Shown here piece after piece: positions 1 through 6,767 of a stretch of DNA of 17,348 bases. The first letter of the stretch is position 1. Every line of letters begins with the position of its first letter. The notes under the pieces are model-generated. The model was not told the DNA's origin. It saw nothing but the letters and a program-made list of their open reading frames with translations, and did not search any database. Source of the DNA: Candidatus Hydrogenedentota bacterium (GTDB taxonomy: Bacteria; Hydrogenedentota; Hydrogenedentia; Hydrogenedentales; SLHB01); contig JARKSN010000052.1 of the NCBI GenBank assembly GCA_029974275.1, positions 1 to 17,348 on the forward strand. Direction: 5' to 3'. Made by a program: the position numbers and the translations under genes.

Positions 1-101
1 CCGAAAACCGCCTCCACGCCCAAAAAGCCATCATGGTCGAACTCATGCGCAAAGACGACGACGGCCTCAGCCGCAAACGCCGCGCCCGACTGAAGTTCTA
101 G
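1..101 (+). CDS. argF: Ornithine carbamoyltransferase, C-terminal fragment (5'-truncated by the window)
   Basis: The frame starting at nt 3 reads ENRLHAQKAIMVELMRKDDDGLSRKRRARLKF*. ENRLHAQKA is the hallmark C-terminal OTCase motif. Not in the ORF track. Confidence 0.88.
   Translation, partial: ENRLHAQKAIMVELMRKDDDGLSRKRRARLKF
84..101 (+). repeat. Left copy of an 18-bp direct repeat (argF 3' end; attL-like)
   Basis: GCCCGACTGAAGTTCTAG, 17/18 identical to 989-1006. Confidence 0.85.
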
Positions 102-169
102 ATCGCTGGTCTGCTCTCAAGACCCGAATGGTACGTTCGCAGCAGCGAAAAACAGGGCAATTCAAACTG

Positions 170-199
170 TTGACAGATCTCTGGATGCAGTGGCATAGT
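170..199 (+). promoter_or_regulatory. Putative sigma70 promoter of hicBA
   Basis: TTGACA (170-175), 18-bp spacer, TGn extension, CATAGT (194-199), about 40 nt upstream of the hicB ATG. Confidence 0.55.
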
Positions 200-238
200 G
201 AACGCCACGGAAAACCCATATCGAACGCGAGGTAGCCA

Positions 239-457
239 ATGAATGCGGGAAGCACGTTCACAGCGGTGATCAAACAGGATGGGCCATGGTGGATTGGCTG
301 GATCGAGGAGATTCCCGGTGTCAATTCGCAAGGTGAGACCCGTGAAGAATTGATTGCCAATCTCCGGTCTGCGCTCGAAGAGGCCGTCGATATGAACCGT
401 GAAGAAGCTCTCGCATTCGCTCATGATGGTTATTCCGAGGAACGTATTGCGCTGTGA
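239..457 (+). CDS. hicB: HicB-family antitoxin (short form, no DNA-binding domain)
   Basis: FTAVIKQDGPWWIGWIEEIPGVNSQGETREELIANLRSAL fits the HicB partial RNase H fold (PGxxxQGxTxEE). GAGGT RBS upstream. Confidence 0.88.
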   Translation: MNAGSTFTAVIKQDGPWWIGWIEEIPGVNSQGETREELIANLRSALEEAVDMNREEALAFAHDGYSEERIAL

Positions 458-639
458 AGCGGCAGTACGTTATCGAACACCTGCGGGCATGCGGCTGCCG
501 CTTGGTACGTGAAGGCGCATGTCACTCCTGGTGGGAAAATCCCGTCGAAAACCGCCGCTCCTCCCTTCCCCGACACACCGAGATTCGCGACAACCTCGTT
601 ATCAAGATATGCAAGGACTTGGGAATTCCAAAGCCTTGA
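454..639 (+). CDS. hicA: HicA-family mRNA interferase toxin
   Basis: 61-aa basic protein with GCxLVREGxxHSWW, PRHxEI and ICKDLGI motifs. Its GTG start overlaps the hicB TGA stop (GTGA). Confidence 0.88.
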   Translation: MKRQYVIEHLRACGCRLVREGACHSWWENPVENRRSSLPRHTEIRDNLVIKICKDLGIPKP

Positions 640-756
640 CAGGAAAAAAGCTTATGGCGGTACGCTTGTGGTGCGGACGCACACAAAACGAACCTGATAG
701 CCACAAAGCAACAAACGGAGTGCCGACCTGTTTCTTTCTGCACCGGACATCCGTGT

Positions 757-988
757 GGTAGTTTTTCGGCCGGTTTCAACCAATCACCAAAATTGGACTT
801 CTGCGTTTTGCGAGGGGCTATCACCATGCGGCAAGAACACTGGTGGAGGCACTCTTGGCCAAGCCATTTTTTTGCAGACTGCGAAGCCTATCCGGTCATC
901 TTTCTTTACCGTATGCCCTTGAATTGAATCTCAAGCACATCGTCTACAAGGCGGCATTACTCTCAAAGTTTCGAGGGATGGACTCGTT
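757..988 (+). pseudogene. Frameshifted, truncated remnant of a HEPN-like hypothetical protein
   Basis: Joining frames gives FARGYHHAARTLVEALLAKPFF/ADCEAYPVIFLYR/(H)ALELNLKHIVYKAALL. The YPxxFLYRHxLELxLK motif is recalled from HEPN-like proteins. Shifts lie at the T7 run (867-873) and at ~913; no start codon; ends at the right repeat. Confidence 0.6.
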
Positions 989-1006
989 GCCCGGCTGAAG
1001 TTCTAG
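989..1006 (+). repeat. Right copy of the 18-bp direct repeat (attR-like)
   Basis: GCCCGGCTGAAGTTCTAG; the single difference (CGA vs CGG) is synonymous in the argF frame. Confidence 0.85.
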
Positions 1007-1048
1007 CGCATTTTATTTCGCATGCATCCGGCCTGTGCTGCGAGTGCA

Positions 1049-1975
1049 TTACAACAGAGATTCGATCAGCAATCGCTTGAACGCGGGCAGATCTTTCCAA
1101 TTCATAGCGCAACGCACAGGCCGGCCCTCGGGAGTTTCGACGGTGCAGCCCGCATCATCAATGACAAGACGCATGTCTTCCATAACGCACAACGATTCTT
1201 CCCAGCAAAGGTATGCCGCGACGCAATCGAAAAGAACGCTCGACGCCTCCGGCCCGAATTCCCCGCGCCGACTCCACAGATCATAGTTCTCGATGACAAC
1301 GCGGGCGCGCTCGGAGGCGGCGTTCTCGACCCTCTTGTAGTCATTGCCGCTCAGCGCGACCGGCATGCAACTATCGAGCGGCGCTAGGGTGATAGGCCAG
1401 GGCGCCGCGAACACGGCCCGTGCGGCGGCCACATCTTGAAATACATTGTATTCGGGCTCGGCTGCGGACCCGGGTCCATAGCCCGTTCGCACGCTTCCCG
1501 CCATCGCCACGACCCGCGCCTTCCTCGCGATGCCGGGATCGCGTTCCAACGCCGCTTTCAGATTCGTCATCGGCCCAATGGACAACACAACGACCGGGCC
1601 CGGCTCCGCATGGATAACGTCAATCATGGCGCCGACGCCGTCGCGATGCACCACGCCGGGATAGCGGGTCATCTCATATTCTCCCGCCCAGCGCATTTGA
1701 TGGATCGGAGCGGAGCCGGTGGCTACGCCCGTTCCAATGGGTACATCCATGCGATCCATGCGCTCCAGCATCTTCGCGACAAGCCGCGTTCGCGCCGATG
1801 TATCGCCGAACCCCGTCACGATCAGCCGCAAGGCCAATTCCGGACGACCCAGCGCCATCGCCAGTGCCCACGTATCATCGATATCATCCCCGATATCTGT
1901 GTCCAAAATGACGGGGATCACGGTATCCGCATCAATAAACGAGTCGGTCGATGGTTGCGCCTGCGTCATCGTCAC
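1049..1975 (-). CDS. Inosine/uridine-preferring nucleoside hydrolase family protein
   Basis: VILDTDIGDDIDDTWAL Ca-binding motif, IGPMTNL, EYNVFQD. Start placed at GTG 1975 (alternative ATG 1969) behind an AGGAGG RBS rather than at 2020. Confidence 0.9.
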   Translation of the reverse strand: MTMTQAQPSTDSFIDADTVIPVILDTDIGDDIDDTWALAMALGRPELALRLIVTGFGDTSARTRLVAKMLERMDRMDVPIGTGVATGSAPIHQMRWAGEYEMTRYPGVVHRDGVGAMIDVIHAEPGPVVVLSIGPMTNLKAALERDPGIARKARVVAMAGSVRTGYGPGSAAEPEYNVFQDVAAARAVFAAPWPITLAPLDSCMPVALSGNDYKRVENAASERARVVIENYDLWSRRGEFGPEASSVLFDCVAAYLCWEESLCVMEDMRLVIDDAGCTVETPEGRPVRCAMNWKDLPAFKRLLIESLL

Positions 1976-2087
1976 GTTTTCCTCCTGCCGTTCCCGCGGA
2001 CGTTCTCTAAGCTTCCCCACAAACGCCTCAAATCGTATGGAAGACCCATTCCCCAGCGCAAATGAAAACTAACGAGCGCGGATTTTT

Positions 2088-2116
2088 TTGATTTCGGCGG
2101 CGCGATGACGTACAAT
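2088..2116 (+). promoter_or_regulatory. Putative sigma70 promoter of tRNA-Leu
   Basis: TTGATT-N17-TACAAT followed by a GC-rich discriminator (CCGCGCGCC), typical of stable-RNA promoters. Confidence 0.65.
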
Positions 2117-2159
2117 CCGCGCGCCTGAACGGGTTCGCTCAGGCAGGATAGCCCAACGT

Positions 2160-2246
2160 GCCGGGGTGGCGAAACTGGCAGACGCGCCGGACTCAAAATC
2201 CGGTTCCCGCAAGGGAGTGGGGGTTCGATTCCCTTCCCCGGCACCA
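2160..2246 (+). tRNA. tRNA-Leu (anticodon CAA)
   Basis: Acceptor stem GCCGGGG/CCCCGGC plus A-CCA; D arm TGGCGAAACTGGCAGACGC; anticodon arm CCGGA-CTCAAAA-TCCGG; long variable arm; GTTCGAT T loop. Confidence 0.97.
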
Positions 2247-2648
2247 CTTGCCATTCGTGCAAGCCCTTTTTCTATTTGTGTAAATGCAATTCTCGGCATG
2301 CATATTTCCGCCATTCCCAAATGCTTTTGCACATCCGTGCGGCTCCAAAATTCGGGAGTGATCAATGCAAAGCGCCGAACATTGCGCCATGCATGCAAAA
2401 TCGTCATTACAGTATATTCAATGCTCTGGAAAGAAACATAAGAATTCTCATGCGTGCACCAAAGAAAAATGCATTCCGATGTCCCCGCTGGCGCATGCTG
2501 AATGCAGGCGAGCCGGTGAAGCAGGGAAAACGTTCAAAACGCAGCTGCGCCGTTCTTATGCGGAATGATGGCCTTTCGCAGCGTGTTATGCTGATGAATG
2601 CATCCATGCATAGGTCGATGCTGTAAACGAATACGAGGAATACGAAGC

Positions 2649-4517
2649 ATGTTGTCAACTCGCACGCCCCGTCCGAATCTTCTTTCCCGCGGAGTGTCCA
2701 CCGCAGAAAACAGAGGAAAGATTCGTTTTCCGCGCCGTCGTGGATGGGTTGCCTCCCTGGCAATCCTTACGGCGACGCTTGCTCTAATCCTCTCGGGATG
2801 CGTGACGGCAAAGCCCGCGCTCGAGTCCGGCACGCCGTACATCGGAAAATCTTGGGGCGCTGCCGGCAGCGAACCCTTCCGATTTGCGCTTATCGGCGAC
2901 AAGACCGGCGCCACCCCGGGCGATTGGCCTCTGTTCGATCAAGCGCTCCAGGAAATCAATGCGTGGAAACCCGATTTTGCGGTGATGATCGGCGATATGA
3001 TTCAAGGGGATAGCATTGACGCCGGGCGCATCCAAGAGCAGTGGGGGGAGTTTAACAGCCACATTCGCGCGCTTGAAGTCCCCTTGTTCGTTATTCCCGG
3101 CAACCACGACATCTCGAATCCTTTCATGCTCGAATGGTGGCGCGCGACGCTGGGGCGCACCTACTACTCTTTCACCTATCGCGATTGTCTCTTCGTCATG
3201 CTCAACACAATGGAATATTGGAAGGACTTTGCGGCATACCTCGGAGACGAGCAGATTCGTTACGCATTGGACGCCATCCGCAAGCACCCGAACGTGCGTC
3301 ATACCTTTGTCTTCCTGCATGTGCCGCATTGGCTCGACGAGACCAACGCCGAATGGCCTATCCTCGAACAGGCCCTGGCATCCCGGCCCCACACTGTTTT
3401 TGCGGGCCATATTCATCGGAATACATATGAGGAACGCAACGGAGGCCAATACCTAGTGGTCACCGCGACCAAAGGCGACAAGCCTCTAGTCTCCCCCCCC
3501 AAGGCCCCTGAATTGGGCGTCTTTCCGGCCTGGGCGCAGATTTCCGTGGAGGGAAGCCAAGCCCAGCTTACCCTTGTAGAACCTGGCGCAGGCCGCACAT
3601 GGCCCGCCAATATCGCCCCGACAGCAAACCTCAAGGCCTTGCGGAACCTAGTCACGCAAGAGGCCTTGATGCCGGAGAAAGTCGGCGACGGCATATGGAA
3701 AACGGGATTTGTCACAACGGTCGTCAACCAATTGCCGGGCGTCGTAAAGCTCCAACTCGCCGTGCAACATCCATTTGGAGACGCCTGGAAACCCATTTCG
3801 GAAAAGGACGCCGCCCTTTCTTTGGAAGTGCTTCCGGGCGAAAAGCAGGCCATCGTCCAGACGTTCCATGTCCCCGAATCACAACTAACGCCAGCGCCTC
3901 GAATCGCCACGGAATTGACCTATAAAGGTGTATCGCTCTACCGGCAAGCCGAGCGCAATGTCCCGGTCTTTCCCAAAGAGGCATTGCGTTGGCCGCGCGA
4001 GTGGATGGTTCTTGCGTCCCCTTACGACTCAGGGGATATGTCCGACGTCCCCTCGGACGATCCGCGATCCGAATGGCCGTTGCTGTTTGTCAATCATCCT
4101 GCGGAAAGCGGATACAAACCGGACGAATCGCTTGCCGAAAACGGGCGTGTCTTGACGTGGAGGGCTCTGCCCGTGATGGAAAGAGAAGATTCGGCAATTG
4201 TGGACTTGGGGCCGTTGTCCGACTTGCCGCTCAAGGTCTTCACCTATGCCTCGACGTATGTGTACAGCCCGACGGCTCGCATCGCATACGCACAGTTCCG
4301 GGTGGACGACTACGGACAAATTCTCGTGAACGGGAAGATGATCGAGGATGGTCGAGTGTTTCGCACGCGCCGCGATCCCATTTTTGTTGCGCTTCCCCTT
4401 CACGAAGGCTGGAACAACGTCACCGTGAAGCCCATCAACATTGTCGGCGGCTGGACCTTCCGCTTTCTTTTCGCGGATCCCGACCAGGAACTCCGGTTCG
4501 CCAACGTGCCGCAATAG
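2649..4517 (+). CDS. Lipoprotein with calcineurin-like metallophosphoesterase domain and C-terminal beta-sandwich modules
   Basis: Hydrophobic stretch with LSGC lipobox; motifs GDKTG, GDMIQG, PGNHD, HVP, GHIH; C-terminal VDDYG..VNG..GWNNVTVK module. Start at ATG 2649 (GAGGA RBS); exact start uncertain. Confidence 0.82.
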   Translation: MLSTRTPRPNLLSRGVSTAENRGKIRFPRRRGWVASLAILTATLALILSGCVTAKPALESGTPYIGKSWGAAGSEPFRFALIGDKTGATPGDWPLFDQALQEINAWKPDFAVMIGDMIQGDSIDAGRIQEQWGEFNSHIRALEVPLFVIPGNHDISNPFMLEWWRATLGRTYYSFTYRDCLFVMLNTMEYWKDFAAYLGDEQIRYALDAIRKHPNVRHTFVFLHVPHWLDETNAEWPILEQALASRPHTVFAGHIHRNTYEERNGGQYLVVTATKGDKPLVSPPKAPELGVFPAWAQISVEGSQAQLTLVEPGAGRTWPANIAPTANLKALRNLVTQEALMPEKVGDGIWKTGFVTTVVNQLPGVVKLQLAVQHPFGDAWKPISEKDAALSLEVLPGEKQAIVQTFHVPESQLTPAPRIATELTYKGVSLYRQAERNVPVFPKEALRWPREWMVLASPYDSGDMSDVPSDDPRSEWPLLFVNHPAESGYKPDESLAENGRVLTWRALPVMEREDSAIVDLGPLSDLPLKVFTYASTYVYSPTARIAYAQFRVDDYGQILVNGKMIEDGRVFRTRRDPIFVALPLHEGWNNVTVKPINIVGGWTFRFLFADPDQELRFANVPQ

Positions 4518-4532
4518 ATCCGATCGCGAATA

Positions 4533-4790
4533 TCAACGCAATGCATCCAACGGAATGGCCTCGTCGATGATCATTTCCGGGATGTCGTCGCGAATGGGAT
4601 AAAGGTACTTGCCGTCTTCGCGCACCAAGCCGCCTTCAATCGGGGCGTCAACCGCCTCGCCTGCGCGATTCGTTACGCCGCCTTGGCGAATGGCGGCATT
4701 GATGCGCGCCACCAGCGCATCGTCCGCCAGAGCAAGGGCCGTCTTGTTGTCAGGACACACCAACAGCTTGAGCAGTTCAACATCCACCAT
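4533..4790 (-). CDS. Trm112-like (YcaR/UPF0434) protein
   Basis: LLKLLVCPxxKxxL ... YPIRDDIPxMIIDEA signature; GGAGA RBS. Confidence 0.88.
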   Translation of the reverse strand: MVDVELLKLLVCPDNKTALALADDALVARINAAIRQGGVTNRAGEAVDAPIEGGLVREDGKYLYPIRDDIPEMIIDEAIPLDALR

Positions 4791-4817
4791 GGCCGTCTCT
4801 CCATGCCAATTTCAGGT

Positions 4818-4847
4818 ATTGTAGCGTGCTGAATCGCGCGCTTACAA
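4818..4847 (-). promoter_or_regulatory. Putative sigma70 promoter of the Trm112-like gene
   Basis: Minus strand TTGTAA-N18-TACAAT. Confidence 0.5.
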
Positions 4848-4889
4848 GAGAACACACGCACGATCATTGCAGGCGTCGGCTCCTTTCCC

Positions 4890-4963
4890 AAAATAGAAAT
4901 CCCCTTTCCGCCTTGCGCGCCTTCCTCTTTGACGGAGCAAGGCCGCGCGCCGCGGAAAGGGGA
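4890..4963 (-). terminator. Long hairpin with U-rich tail downstream of gdhA
   Basis: TCCCCTTTCCGC (4900-4911) pairs with GCGGAAAGGGGA (4952-4963), with further inner pairing; followed on the minus strand by TTTCTATTTT. Confidence 0.6.
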
Positions 4964-5036
4964 CCGTCTCTATCCATTCACCGAAGCGAGCCCGATTTTC
5001 CCGGCGACCTGCATGCGTCGCCGGATGTAATCCGGT

Positions 5037-6377
5037 CTACACCAGTCCCTGATCCAACATCGCGTTGGCGACCTTGGAGAAGCCGGCGATATTGGCGCCG
5101 GTGACGTAGTTGCCGGTTTGCTCGTACTCCTCCGAAGCCTTGTACGCTTGCGTATGAATTTCCTTCATGATGTCGCGCAACCGGTTGTCCACTTCCTCGC
5201 GCGTCCATGCGGTATGCTGCGAATTCTGGGCCATTTCCAAGCCCGACACCGCCACGCCGCCGGCATTGGCCGCCTTGCCCGGCGCGTACAGAACCTTGTT
5301 CTTCAGAAAAACCTCGACGCCATCGGGATCGGTCGGCATGTTCGCCCCCTCGCCCACCAGGAAACAGCCGTTCTTCACGAGCGTCTCGGCGTCTTTTCCG
5401 GAGATCTCGTTCTGCGTCGCGCTCGGAAACGCGCAATCGCACTTCACGCCCCACGGCGTCGCGCCTTCCATGTACTTCACGCCCGAAAATTTGTTCGCAT
5501 ACTCGGAAATGCGGCCGCGGCGGACGTTCTTGAGGTCCATGATATAGGCCAGCTTTTCCTCGTCGATGCCTGCGGGATCATGAATGGTGCCGTTCGAATC
5601 GGAAAGCGTGACGGCCTTGCCGCCAAGCTGATTGATCTTTTCGATGGTGTACTGCGCCACGTTGCCGGAACCGCTGACGACGCAGATTTTGCCCGCTATC
5701 GAATCGCCGCGGACCCCCAGCATGTTCTGCGCAAAATACACGCATCCATATCCCGTGGCCTCGGGACGAATCAGCGAACCGCCCCAATTGAGACCCTTAC
5801 CCGTCAACACGCCCGTGAACTCGTTGCGCAAGCGCTTATACTGACCGAACAGGAACCCGATCTCGCGTCCGCCAACGCCAATATCGCCCGCGGGCACGTC
5901 CGTGTCCGCCCCGACATGCTTGGCCAATTCGATCATGAACGATTGACAGAACCGCATCACCTCATTGTTCGATTTTCCCTTCGGATCAAAATCCGAACCG
6001 CCCTTGCCGCCGCCCATGGGAAGAGTCGTCAAGGCATTCTTGAAAATTTGCTCAAACGCCAAAAACTTCAAAATGCCGAGATATACCGTGGGATGAAACC
6101 GCAGTCCGCCCTTGTACGGCCCAATGGCGCTGTTAAACTGAATGCGGAATCCGCGATTGACCTGCACGTTTCCATGATCGTCCAACCACGGAACCCGGAA
6201 CATGATCACGCGCTCCGGCTCCGTCAGCCGCTCCAAAATGCGGTGCTTCTGATATTCCGGATGCCGCTCGAGCACCGGAGCCAGCGAATCGAGCACCTCC
6301 TTCACCGCCTGATGGAATTCAGGCTCCGCAGGATTGCGTTTGACGACCAGACTCATTACGTCAGTGATGTACGACAT
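5037..6377 (-). CDS. gdhA: NADP-specific glutamate dehydrogenase
   Basis: GPYKGGLRFHP, GGGKGGSDFDPK, DVPAGDIG, RPEATGYG, GSGNVA, PGKAANAGGV. Start MSYITDV at 6377 behind a GAGGGAG RBS. Confidence 0.97.
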   Translation of the reverse strand: MSYITDVMSLVVKRNPAEPEFHQAVKEVLDSLAPVLERHPEYQKHRILERLTEPERVIMFRVPWLDDHGNVQVNRGFRIQFNSAIGPYKGGLRFHPTVYLGILKFLAFEQIFKNALTTLPMGGGKGGSDFDPKGKSNNEVMRFCQSFMIELAKHVGADTDVPAGDIGVGGREIGFLFGQYKRLRNEFTGVLTGKGLNWGGSLIRPEATGYGCVYFAQNMLGVRGDSIAGKICVVSGSGNVAQYTIEKINQLGGKAVTLSDSNGTIHDPAGIDEEKLAYIMDLKNVRRGRISEYANKFSGVKYMEGATPWGVKCDCAFPSATQNEISGKDAETLVKNGCFLVGEGANMPTDPDGVEVFLKNKVLYAPGKAANAGGVAVSGLEMAQNSQHTAWTREEVDNRLRDIMKEIHTQAYKASEEYEQTGNYVTGANIAGFSKVANAMLDQGLV

Positions 6378-6455
6378 GCAAGACTCCCTCATCAGTTTCG
6401 GGGATTGCCCCGGAATCCCGGCGCGCGCCCCAGTTTCCCTGCCGACTCACGCAAG

Positions 6456-6471
6456 CGGCAGCATATAGCCG
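6456..6471. promoter_or_regulatory. Candidate NrpR operator
   Basis: CGGCA-GCATAT-AGCCG has the CGG-N10-CCG geometry of the archaeal GGAA-N6-TTCC operator and lies just downstream of the predicted gdhA +1. Confidence 0.4.
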
Positions 6472-6480
6472 TATCGCGCA

Positions 6481-6509
6481 AGCGTACCGGCAGCGGAAAT
6501 GCTTGTCAA
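6481..6509 (-). promoter_or_regulatory. Putative sigma70 promoter of gdhA
   Basis: Minus strand TTGACA-N17-TACGCT. Confidence 0.65.
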
Positions 6510-6661
6510 GATCGTGAAGACCCTTTGGAAACGGTTTTTTGTTCCGGCAAATTGCCGGAATTTTCCGAAAAACCCCGCGAATGCCCTGCCCCCGAAGAAC
6601 CGTCTCACCGCAGAGACGTTGGCGCATCCCAAACAAAGATACGGCAAATTTTCCGGTTGTA

Positions 6662-6690
6662 TTGAACCATGAAAGCGTACGCGCTATGAT
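6662..6690 (+). promoter_or_regulatory. Putative sigma70 promoter of nrpR
   Basis: TTGAAC-N17-TATGAT. Confidence 0.55.
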
Positions 6691-6767
6691 GAACGCCAGA
6701 CGAGGCCCTGCAGCGCCGCGCAGATTTCGCGCCGCGGACCTCCGGAGCGATTCGACGCAGGTCTGGC

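Larger units (their letters stand above)
102..1006. mobile_element. Small genomic islet or remnant of an integrated element at the argF 3' end
   Basis: Flanked by the 18-bp direct repeat; contains a TA pair and a pseudogene; no integrase visible. Confidence 0.6.

Noticed and set aside
2160..2246. tRNA-Leu as an integration site
   Set aside because: No duplicated tRNA 3' end and no integrase seen in the window; downstream genes look native.
2277..2333. DnaA-box-like words (TTTTGCACA at 2325; ATTTACACA on the minus strand near 2277) suggesting oriC
   Set aside because: Only one consensus match and one near match, no dnaA-region genes and no clear unwinding element.
2280..2625. CRISPR array or tandem repeat in the ATGC-rich spacer
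   Set aside because: The shared word is only 4-6 bp with irregular spacing; there is no 25-45 bp repeat unit.
1972..2763. Short ORFs across the tRNA and its downstream spacer
   Set aside because: They overlap the tRNA or lack an RBS and motifs; low-information translations.
4533..4790. Functional link between the Trm112-like gene and kdsB (ycaR-kdsB synteny in Proteobacteria)
   Set aside because: They are 9 kb apart with several unrelated genes between them; no evidence beyond coincidence.
5118..6665. 515-aa + strand ORF antisense to gdhA
   Set aside because: Shadow ORF from codon bias in a GC-rich gene; no recognisable motifs, and it runs across the promoter region.
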